The notes under the pieces were generated by a model, which did no database searches, had not been told where the DNA came from, and saw only the letters and a program-made list of their open reading frames with translations. Of a stretch of DNA of 64,000 nucleotides, positions 54,001 to 64,000 are shown one piece after another; position 1 is the first letter of the stretch; every line of letters begins with the position of its first letter. The position numbers and the translations under genes were made by a program. The stretch spans positions 41,604,001-41,668,000 of the forward strand of contig OZ076413.1 in assembly GCA_964187785.1 (NCBI GenBank), written 5' to 3'. Source of the DNA: Amphiscolops sp. MND2022 (taxonomy: Eukaryota).

Positions 54001-57000
54001 AAACTGGAAAAAACTGGCTGAAGTGACAAAAAACAGAAAACATAGTTGAGTGAATGTCAGCAATAAGCTCAATGAATGTCGCTGCTTTTTCAGTTTCTTG
54101 ACATGTACACGGTCTTGTAAATTTTCCGGTCGTTTGGATTTTGAAGAAAAATTAAAAACCTCAATCAATTGATTTGAGGTTAATCTACAACTGTTGTTTG
54201 CAACCACATTTAAAAACTTTTGGTCGATCAAAATCCAATTTTGAGAAAAATTAGATGAGAGTAAGTTATTTTCACCTGCGAGTCTCCCACGTATTTCCAG
54301 GCCTGGGAAATAGTCCTGTCGGGGGCGAAGCTGCGGATGAGGAGCAGTCGGTGGAATGTATCCAGGGTCTTGTCCAACCCATCCGGGATAACTTCTTCCT
54401 CGGGGGCTTCCTTTTCGAGCCACCGCTTCCATTCTTTCTCATTCTTTTGTATCTGATAAAAAAGATGGTTACGTCATTCGTGAAGTAATTACAGTTAATT
54501 TCACCAATTTTCATTAAAATCTTTGACACAAAAATTGAAAAAAAATCACAATGGGTCAAAGTCTGTGATGAAGATGTTAAAATGCAAAACTGGTTGATTT
54601 AAGACAGTACTGAACCTATCAAAAAGTATCGAAGGAATCAGAGATGATTCTTTGATAATCTTTCATCATCATCGATCTTCTGTTAAGAAGGATATCAACA
54701 CGGAAAGAGTACAAAGTCGATTAGAACAAGGCACCGATCGGCCATGGAACTCACCATGGCAGGCAATTCTCTGAAATGCTGCAATTGCGACAATTCAATG
54801 ATGTTCAACCAGACAGCATCCTCGATCCACTTTCCAGGCTTCTTCTCCTCACTCTCGAGGTCCCTGGACGCCCCTCCCTTCACAAACACCTGCATCTCCT
54901 CCGGCTTCACTTTCCCCAACTGCAGATCTATCCGAAGGCACAGCAGAAGCGTGAACAACAGTTTGTGCGTTTCGTACAGTCCCCTAGCTTTGTATGCCCA
55001 TATTTGGTAGGTCATGTACTCGATAATATTGGCCAGTCGACGGTGCGGGATCGGACTCTTTTCAGCACTAAAAAGGAGAGGAAAGACCAGAGTTTTATAC
55101 CAATGTTTTTCATACTTTAAACTTTCATACTTTTCGAACTAACTGGTGGATACACAGTTCGAATCTCTCTTGGAACTGTTTCAGCGAAGTTTGATACATC
55201 TCATTCACATTGCTCATTTCCACGATGAGGAAGTAAATGGAGCTTCCTCGTGACGCGATTGGTCGGAACTCCTCTCGAGCCGAGTTGATTTTGACCGAGG
55301 TCTCGGCAGCCACTTGCAGCTTCTGAGTGACATCTTCGCTCTTCTTTTTCGTCTCTCGGAGCACTGTAATTAGTCCTTCGTCGTCAACGAGTGAGCCCTG
55401 AGTCTCAGTCAGTCGTTTGAGCAAGTCGTCTTCTAACTGTTTCATGTCTCGTTTATTCATCGTTACTTCTTCCATCAACTTGTTTCGTTCTTCTTCAAGT
55501 TCCTAAAAACAATCAAGTCTGAAATGGTCGTTTTCGAAACTTTTTGATATATGTAAAAGTTTAATTGTTCGGTTAGATTTGGATTGCATGCGACGCAAAA
55601 TGGCTTGCGTCAGATTGAAATGTTTGGATACAACTGCTATATGGAGACATTCTTTTAACTTTTTAATCAGAACTTTGATTCCAAATTGATTAAAATTCCA
55701 CTCACAGCTGATTTATTTATTGTTCGAAGACATGGAACGCTAAATACGATGGTAAATGGTACATTACTAGCCACCCGTTTACCATGACCTTGATTTTACC
55801 AAGACCTTGCCAAGGCCTGCATATCAATGTTCCGATCACGTTCTAACCTCAAACCAAACCCCGACACATTATTGGTTGTATGTTCCCACAGTATGCATGC
55901 ATGCATATGTATGTATCATGAATGCATGCATGCATGTAGTGTATGCTGCAGTAATGTTCACCAGAGAAACATTAATGAAAAACAAAGATGTATAGAGTTT
56001 GACTAACTTTTTTCTCGAGGTTGATGACCATACCAAGCAGCTGGTCTTCGAGGCCTTTCATGGTGACTGTGAAGTCTATGATACAAGTGCGTGCAGACAC
56101 CTCCGGCGTGTAAGAGGGGTTCGGCAACTTGGTGGTAATATATAGCATAAAACCGTCCATAACGTCTTGTTCCTTGTCACCAACTTTCACCTAGCATACA
56201 TTGAGGTTAGAGCTCAAAAGTCAAACAATTTTCCAGGCGTATAGAAAATCTTTCGTTGATGCGAAACAAAAAGAACTTTTGAGCCAATATTTTAAGAATT
56301 TTCCTGCAATTGGTATATTGAATGGAACATTTTCCCCAAAAACAAAAGCTTGGTAGGTTCTCGCGCATTGTGCATTTATAAACTTTCAAGTTCAATGACA
56401 ACCATATAAACTCTTCAAGTTATTTTTTGAAAAATTTTTTTGTTATGAAATCACTTTTGTTCCAAAAATCTTTCAGATATCCTATTATCATTACTAACTC
56501 TGTAAGACGATCCAGACTTGTAGAAATTCTTTTCCAAAATATTGTCCAGCGCAGGGTCCAGTTCTTCTCCAATGTCTTCAATCAACATAGGTTTTCCCTG
56601 TCCCAAGCAGTCCTCTAGATGGTTGCGGAAGTACTTGTGATTCAATGACGTAATCTGCAGCCCATTATCGTGTTCTTTCTTTTTGATCCAGTTCTTGCCT
56701 TGAGTCTGGGGATCAATCAACAGGGGATACCTCAAGGCACTGGTGACTATGATACCGTTCTGTATGGACAGTTCGTCATTGGGCAACCCATGTAGATTCC
56801 ACTCCCCAATTGTGGGCGGATCTGTTAACATGTCGATCAAATTTATATCCAGAGTATACGGGATCTTCTTGCTTCTCATTTCTTTTTGCCAGCTCTTCAG
56901 CTGGTTGTTTCGGAACTCTTGGTTGAAAGGTCCAGAGTATGACAAAAACGCAGATCCAAGTAACACGTCACCGATTAGGCGTCTGATTTGCTCTTTGAAT

Positions 57001-58035
57001 TCCTTGTTTTGCTGGGTCCAGCGTTTCTTTTCGCCTCCAAGGCCGTCAATTAGACTACTGGCGGCATCCATCTTTTTCCTGCATCTTTCTGCGTCATCCA
57101 GGAGAACCTGCTTCTTGCGCATTGCTTCATCATAATCGGCCTGTGCTTCGTCCAATTCAGCTTGTTTTTCAGCCAAAACCAACTCAGCTGCGGATAAACT
57201 GGCGTTTGCTTCGCCCAGTCGTTTCTGCATCACCGTCAAATTGTCCTTCAGAGGAATTACTTCTTTGTTGACCATATAGAACGATGCCATTGCTTTATTC
57301 CAGTCCAGAAGACCAGCTACATTTCCACAGACAGCAACTGCTCTGTCATGGTTGAAGTCCTTGAAATCAAAGTAAGGTTGAAGCAATTCAATCATTTCCT
57401 CATTCACTTTATCTTTGTCAAATTCTTGCAACTTCTTGAGCAAGGCTGGATCTCCCATCAACTTCAAACTCTCCTGCCAAGAAGGCTTGATCATCGTGTC
57501 CGGAGCTGTTGGATCCAAAGACACGGGTTCCAGTTTTCTCTGGAACAATATGCACACACAATCCATAATCAGTTTGATCAAAAACGGAGGCGTTCCTAAT
57601 TTTTTGACAGTCGCAATATCGCTGGCTTTGATTGTTTTCAGAGCTTCTTCTGCTGCAAGAAGCGCTGGTTTGGCTGCTTCCAATTTTCCCTGAGCCAATG
57701 CGGTTTTCTCTTCAATCGATGCGGTCATTTCCCTGGCTTTGTCAGCGTCGATTTTTACAGCAGCTTTGATCTGTTCAGCTGATGTCGCCTTTGCTTTGAC
57801 CTTTTCCAGGACCACGTCAGCCTCCTTATTCGCGACCTCCAGATCTTTTTCCTTGACCTCCAACTCAAGACTCAGTAAGTGGACTTGGTTTGCAGCTTCC
57901 ACTAGTTTATCTAACCCAGTTGTCATTTTCACCGAGTTGCTCTGGATCTCTTTCAGTTTCTTGGTATACACATGTTTATATCCCCCAAGGAAAGAGAGGT
58001 ACGATTTGGGAGTCACATGTGTCGTCCTACGGAAT
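47645..58035 (-). CDS. DNAH5: Axonemal outer-arm dynein heavy chain (DNAH5/DNAH8-like), 3' portion: stalk, AAA5, AAA6, C-terminal domain. Exons 58035-56499, 56190-56008, 55502-55144, 55067-54755, 54452-54276, 53710-53566, 53177-52951, 52439-52167, 51985-51720, 49227-48918, 48618-48406, 48028-47645
   Basis: [28 protein letters not shown]...[34 protein letters not shown] and terminal [11 protein letters not shown]. All exons are GT-AG with consistent phases. The 5' part lies outside the window. DNAH5 versus DNAH8 cannot be resolved. Confidence 0.93.
49769..50271 (-). mobile_element. Short Helitron-like non-autonomous repeat in a dynein intron
   Basis: 3' end CCGACTTGGGCCGGTCCCGGCTTGT; homologous to 23101-23615. 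Confidence 0.55.
50497..51172 (+). mobile_element. Related short repeat, back-to-back with 49769-50271
   Basis: Shares the 5' block AGTCATGGCTTATCGTCA...AATAGTTCTACCAAAAGTTCAA and the 3' end CGCCGACTTGGGGCGGTCCCGGATTGT. Confidence 0.55.
56499..58035 (-). CDS. DNAH5: Dynein heavy chain, large exon (stalk/MTBD and AAA5 start)
   Basis: 1537-nt open exon corresponding to ORF 56451-58016. Confidence 0.95.
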
Positions 58036-58564
58036 CTGCAAACAAAATTATCATCATGTCACGTTCATGCCAGAATGCGTTTGCAAGAACTTTTCGCGTT
58101 CTTTTTCACGCTCAAATTCCTAGTGAGAAAAAATTTCATCAAGTTCTAGCTTCATACTCCAAGGGTAGAAGTTCTTCCAAGAATTACAGAATTCAACGAT
58201 GAAAAAATACATATTATATTCAAAACAAATGTTTTCGTGGAGATAATTGATCTTCCTAAAAATGTGTTTAAAACACCTTGTTGTCGCTAATATAGTTCAG
58301 GACGGAACGTTGAACGTTTCCTCGTGCTTCGCGGGCGTCTTCGTTTCAATTTGAAGAGAAAAACAAAAATCATCTAGCCATTGTTTTTTTACTTCTAATC
58401 ATGTTCACAATTGTAATGTTTTCAGTATTAAAATAGTTGTTGTAAAAGTTAGCACATAAATTAATGAGTACACCTAGGATTCAGCAGTGTCTGCGATATC
58501 AGAGACTACGTGATGTCATCTTTTGATGGGTGAAGACTTTGAAAATTTTATTTTCCATTTTATT

Positions 58565-58921
58565 TTTCATTTTGTTATTTTCCGCCCATGTATAATGGGG
58601 GATAAAATCATAATCTTTGTTGCGTTTTTTTTCCAAATTCTGCCAAATCTCCTCCCCAGTTCCCCATTCGACTTCATTGCTTGACTATTTTAAATAGTTA
58701 CTTGGCTAAAATAGTCAAGTAAATATATAAAATAGTCAAGTAGTGAAGTCGATTTGGCAGGTGGAGTTCCCTTAAGTTACTTGAACTTCACTGGCCAAAT
58801 CTCCATCATAGCGCAGTTGGCAGTGCGTCTGCCTGGCAGACAAGGGGTCGTGGGTTCGAACCCGTCCTGATGCGGTACATTTTCAGCGGAAAATATCCCG
58901 GTGCTTAGCGGGCGTCTTGTT
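58565..58921 (+). mobile_element. Dispersed repeat with a long hairpin and an internal tRNA-derived segment (58803-58873)
   Basis: A box TAGCGCAGTTGG and B box GGTTCGAACCC. Second copy at 17034-17285. 3' hairpin + CTTGT. Confidence 0.65.
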
Positions 58922-59645
58922 ATCTCTGGTAGGTGTTTTTGCGAATAATTTTACGTTGAGCAGCTTTTTTCGTCGACCACTGTTTCTGGTACCATCGCGT
59001 CAATAAACGTTAGGTAGGTTTGAAGATTGGAGTTTGAGCCTGCGTTTCTTTTCAGTTTATGGTCTTTCACCTCAGCTCTGTATAAATTATCTAAATTCTA
59101 TGTTCGAGGTAAACTGGCTGAACTCGATTTCATATTGCTCAATAATCAGTCAATGGTGTCAAGATCTGAGAGAAAGAATCTTTGTCTTCGTTGATTCTCT
59201 GAAAGATGGCTCATTTGTTCTTGCAATTTATTATGCCGACTAACTATGTACCATGTTGTTATTCCCTGTCTACTTTTCCACAAGAGAAAGAAAACGCGAC
59301 GGAATGTCGCAGTTTCACTGGCTACATGTTGGCCAGTCTGCTTTCCAGCATTTATACTTCCATTCGTTCACACCAAAACAGAATTCTAGGTTCCAGCCTG
59401 CCTCGAGCCCTGCTCGAACAAAATACTACAAATCATTTAGTTTTTTCCTAATTGTATCCAATTTGATCAAAAAGTGGATAAAATTTGCCACGCACTGACA
59501 TGTTCGTCCAAAACTGAAAGGTTCAACCAGCACTCACATGCAAACAATTACATATTCCCAATGAAGTCTGTTCAGCAAAGCGAACGCAACGTGTTTTCGT
59601 AATCTTTTTTCTTGAAGGTGAGGCTGGTTTCTACTGCGTTTAATA

Positions 59646-61061
59646 GTAAGTAAGTAAGTAAGTAAAACAACACTGAATTCCATAATTTTATGATGTAAGT
59701 TATCATGAAAGATGGCAGTGTACAAAATCAGAATGAAATTAAATTTGGTTTCATGTTTGGCAATGCATATTTCCTCCTTTATATAAGCTAGAATCTGAAA
59801 TCTACCCAATTCATATCGTAATTAAGGTCTGGGTCCATTTTCATTTTAGAATGATAGAACTCTTTCAATTTTGATTTGAATCTCTGATGTTTTGATTCAA
59901 GTTTCCTCAAATTCTTGGGTAGTGAGTTCCAAATACACACGGTCCGTTTGAAAATGGAAGCTCGCATGATTTTTGAAGCAGCGAAGAAATTGAACGACAG
60001 TAGATTCGATCTGGGGGACTCTTTTATGAATTTCATTGGAGAAAAATTGGGATTGTCAGTTAGTGCCGGCAACTCATTCAATTTACATTTTCGTAAGTAG
60101 TTAATTAGGTTAATGTCTAAAAAATTACGAACCGTAAAAGTGCTGTGCTTCAATTTTAAGTCAGAAGATCTTTGGAATTTAGATCGATAGAAGCAAACTT
60201 TTACTGCCCAGCTGAGTTGCTTCTCAACGGAGGTTATGAATTTTTCTGAACTCCACCCAATAGAATAGCGGGGTATTGCAAATTGCTCATGATTAACGTT
60301 TTGAAAACGAGGAGTCTGGTTTTTTTGTTTAGAGAGGAGCGGAGAGTGTATAAAGACTGGATAGATGTAGCCATTTGGGCTAAGACTTTTTTGATTTCTA
60401 ATTCGTACATCAAGCATTGGTCAATAAGGACTCCCAGGTATTTCACATTTTCGGAACATTCGATTGTTTCGTTATTCAATGTTAGTTTTTCATTCTGTAC
60501 TTCCGTTTTGTTAGAGTGTTTGCAAAAAATAATGAAGTTTGTTTTTTCATCATTCATCTTTAGTTCATTTCGTTGGAAGTAGACTTGGAGTTTTTCGATG
60601 TTTTTTTGAATTTTTTCAGTCCCTTCTTTCACTTCCTTATGTTCCGCAAATATCATTGTGCCATCAGCGTATTGAATTATATGACAATCTTTCTCGATGA
60701 AGTTTTCGGTGTCATTCACATATAGGTTGAATAATAAGGGACCTAATATAGTTCCCTGGGGGACACCTTGATGGAGATTAATCCATTCGGAAAATTGACC
60801 ATGTAAGGAAACTCTTTGCTTTCTATCTTTTAAAAAACTTTCAATTAATTGACAAGAGAAGTTGTCAAAGCCTATGAGGGAAAATTTTATCAGCAGTGTA
60901 TCGTGATTAATTGAATTAAACGCTTTTGATAAGTCAATGAAGGCTGTTGGGATATAAAAACCTTGATCGATTTTCATTCTGAGAAATTCAGTGAAAACAA
61001 TTAGTGCATCGGTCCTCACAGACTGTTCAGAGATGATGTTTCTTGATGTATCATAGAACAC
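59646..61061 (-). mobile_element. 5'-truncated LINE (CR1/L2-like RT) with (TTAC)n tail
   Basis: FIDLSKAF, GVPQGTILGPLLFNLYVND, QYADG, VKYLGV. Frameshift near 60240. (GTAA)5 at 59646-59665. Confidence 0.9.
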
Positions 61062-61261
61062 TGAAAGTCAGATCCTATGAAACTTATATGATGAAAAGTA
61101 ACATTTTCGAGCTGCGTTTTATGGTTTATCGGAAAGATTTTTCAAAATGTACCTTGTGAACGACTAAACGAATTCAATTGATAGGAGTGAGGGTTAAACT
61201 CTATGAAAATAAACTGTTTTGTAATTCAGTATTTGTAAATACAGCGAAAAAGGCTAGTGAG

Positions 61262-64000
61262 TGTTACGACTATTGACCGGTGTTGTTTTGGTATTAGTCG
61301 CAGTTACTGTTTTGACAGGTGTTGACGTTCGAGCAACGGAGATGTTTTCTACTTCGGAGTCAGAATCCTGGTTCTCCGATAAAACCGCTTGTTTCTTACC
61401 CAGTGGTGCTATCAGCTTGAACATTTCTCTCTTGTTTTCAGCTAATATTTTTGATAGATCGGATAAAATCTCCTTTCTCAAAGACGCTTTTATCTCGTTC
61501 AGATCTTCAGGCTCAGTTCTAGTGGTTTTGCTACTGCTAGCAACTAAGTTTTCAGCTAGATTGTTCTCAGTTAAAGAAGTCTCAAACTCTCCTGATACTA
61601 GCTCAGTTACAGCCTTTCTTTTCTGGCTCCTTGTTGTCATTTTCAGAGAAGAAGGAATTATTGATTTTTGAGGAACAGTGAATTTAGTAGAGAAAGATTC
61701 ACGGAACTTTGACGTTGTCAATTTTCAGAACATTACAAGTTATCAACTGATTATTTAGATTTACATCAACTATATATACCCTTTTAGCATCATTTGTTCC
61801 TCACCCAAAAATCGGGTTTGTTCATGAGAAAACCTATATGATTCAAATTATTTCAGCCCTATGTCAATAAATCAGGATTCGAAATTCCTAACAGCGTCTC
61901 AGGATCGTCACAATTGTTGAAAACATTTTTGTTCATTCACATATACTTCCTGTTTCGCTTTCAAAAAGGCGGCAAAATAAAAGTCTGCTTGAATATTCTA
62001 TCGACAAAGGTACGCCGGCATGAACAATTAGTCAGAATCTAAGCCTAAGGCTACTGGAAAACGCGGTGAATTGTATGACTAATGAATATGGCGACGCAAC
62101 TGAGATGCTGTCAAATATACTGATATTGGCTATCATGGATGAACAAAATGATGCTAAGATTTCCGATGGATCAGTTTCCGATTTACAACTTTAACAAGCA
62201 TCCAAAAATCGTACATTTTTCGGCAAATAACAAATGTAAAATGAACATCACACAATACATCAAACTCAGTAATTCTATAACTCAACAAAACCAAAAATCA
62301 AAACATAAATACTTCTCTGGTACTCCAGATTTATGCACATTATGCAATCCCTTGGCAAACTTCATAGTAGCTAAAGCAATACATGGGGTTGTACAGAATA
62401 GCGCTGACCTAAAGTCATTATTATATGAATGTAAAAGAAACTGTACTGTGATTGATTTATGTGAGTGTAAGTTACACTTGACGTTCTATCTACGCTATTT
62501 CAAGATTGCAACAAAAAATAGGCTTTGGCCAAACACAATGTAAATTCAATTGGAGTTTCGACATTAAAACTTTTCCCTTACGGCGCAGTCTTGTTTGCCT
62601 ATTGTTGAATGTTGAAAACACACACTGGATATCTATTCCTAAATAAGAATCACGAAGCGTATAATTAGAAATCATATCCTTGATTCATTAAACCTTAAAG
62701 TGTGACGTAGTGTTGACGTACGTATTAAGATTAGCTATAGCAAGCTAGCTGTTAAGTAGAGTTAGAGCGGAGCAACTACCATTATTAAATTCATTCTTAA
62801 TGACGTCACTAGAACGATTCTCACTAGTCTGAGCGCAAATAAGCTGATTTTTGCTGTGATGCTATTGGTCCATAAATTAGAATTACCAGAATTTTGTTAG
62901 CTTGAGTGACGTTGCCATAACGCTATAAGAGCTTACTCAAGTTACTTCACTGTAAATTGAGTGGGCTTTTGCAGCTACTTCAAATACTGAAAACAAATCC
63001 CTTGTAGTAATTTTATGTCTTTTTCATTTTAGATCGTATGTATTCCGTTGGGGTCGCGGAATTAAATAATGTTTTTGATGTTTTCATTTCAGTGTGGAGA
63101 AGGAAGAAAATGATCCCAGATTTAGGAATGCTTTCACTTTGATATTTGGATCGGTTTGAAATCTTTAACAGAAGAAACCGGAAATGGTAAAATCGTTGTG
63201 TATGAAAACTTCAAACCGGAAGTTTCATTTTATCTGAGAATCATTTTTGGCTAACTTACGTTGCGCGTACGTCGACCTTTTTATTTAATTCTACCACTTA
63301 GCTGTTAGACTGCACCGTAAGTAAGATACTACTAACAAATTACTGCGCCTGGGAGTAGCCATGTCCCATTCCTTTTGATTGTCTATGAACGCCTTGCTGG
63401 CAGTACGTACACCAGCCGGGAGCGGGCTGTGACAGAGCGCCTCTTGATCTGGTTGCGACAACTCCACCGCAGTGGGGAATCTCTTTGGCGATAAGAATCG
63501 GCTGTCTTCTGTTTCGCGTTGTTCTCTTTGATGTGTAATGTATGCCTCTCCCGCCAAAATTGCATCTCATCGTCGGGTTGTCGAGGCTTGTTCCATAGTC
63601 CTTTTGTATTTGCTCAATCTCTGGTTCGGAGAGGTCGTTCAATTTCTCCACAGGGTCATCAGTTTGCTTATTATAGCCATACGCTTGAGTCACGTCTTTT
63701 AACATAGGAGCAGGTTGTAAAGCTGGGGGAGGGCTAGGCGTGTCAGATTCTTCTTAGTAGTTGTCTTCTGAATTAACGTCTAGTTCAAACGTCACCCTGG
63801 CGTGCTGAAACTTCTTGATGGGGCCTATTTTAAGTTTTTTCGGAGAAATATCAGACTCAAATGTAGAGATGGAGAAGGTAGAAGAGTTGGGATCCGCCTC
63901 GCTGCCTCTCATTACTTCCGTAGAAGAATCGCTTAGGTCTAGTTTGCCCACTATATTTAGCGGAAGGGTCTTTATAGGCGTGCTATAACGGTTGTTTTCT
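61262..64000 (-). mobile_element. LTR-like element end (family 'MTTRSQKR', copy 4), with TATA at ~61771-61778, ORF from 61640 running off the terminus, and a decayed upstream ORF at 63291-64000
   Basis: Terminus ...GTCGTAACA. MTTRSQKRK...IKASLRKEI...ENKREMFKLI...STPVK is homologous to 6813. Non-coding block AACCGGAAAT..AGTTTCATTT is shared with 8517-8575. Confidence 0.7.

Noticed and set aside
55891..55936. Palindromic (ATGC)n stretch in a dynein intron
   Set aside because: A simple self-complementary microsatellite with no evidence of function.
56743..58149. Plus-strand ORFs overlapping the dynein exon
   Set aside because: Antisense shadows of the dynein coding sequence.
58803..58873. Functional tRNA-Ala gene
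   Set aside because: The anticodon and acceptor stems do not pair canonically, and it is embedded in a dispersed repeat.

Overview
Repeat-rich eukaryotic (metazoan-type) DNA with spliceosomal introns and a 200-N assembly gap at 11247-11446. Two host genes lie on the minus strand. (1) The 3' eleven exons (58035 down to 47645) of an axonemal outer-arm dynein heavy chain, DNAH5/DNAH8-like, assemble with consistent splice phases. (2) A gene the ORF track mostly misses, rebuilt by hand from ATG 45104 down to at least 5698, encodes RING + B-box + coiled coil and appears to continue into Kelch repeats, an unusual TRIM-Kelch architecture that may be decaying. Most of the rest is transposable elements. 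An LTR element's 3' end (1-~5243) carries a large extra ORF with a predicted non-catalytic SGNH-like fold. Four LTR-like ends carry the N-terminus of an 'M(P)TTRSQKR'-type ORF that reads out of the terminus. Three retain the TATA box and ATG, and one carries a striking GGCC-N6-GGCC array. Also present: a decayed Gypsy, a probable solo LTR, three LINE remnants, a BEL/Pao element with both LTRs and a CTTAT target-site duplication, a 3.9-kb tandem duplication, and short Helitron-like/tRNA-containing repeats. All calls come from manual reading, with no database searches.
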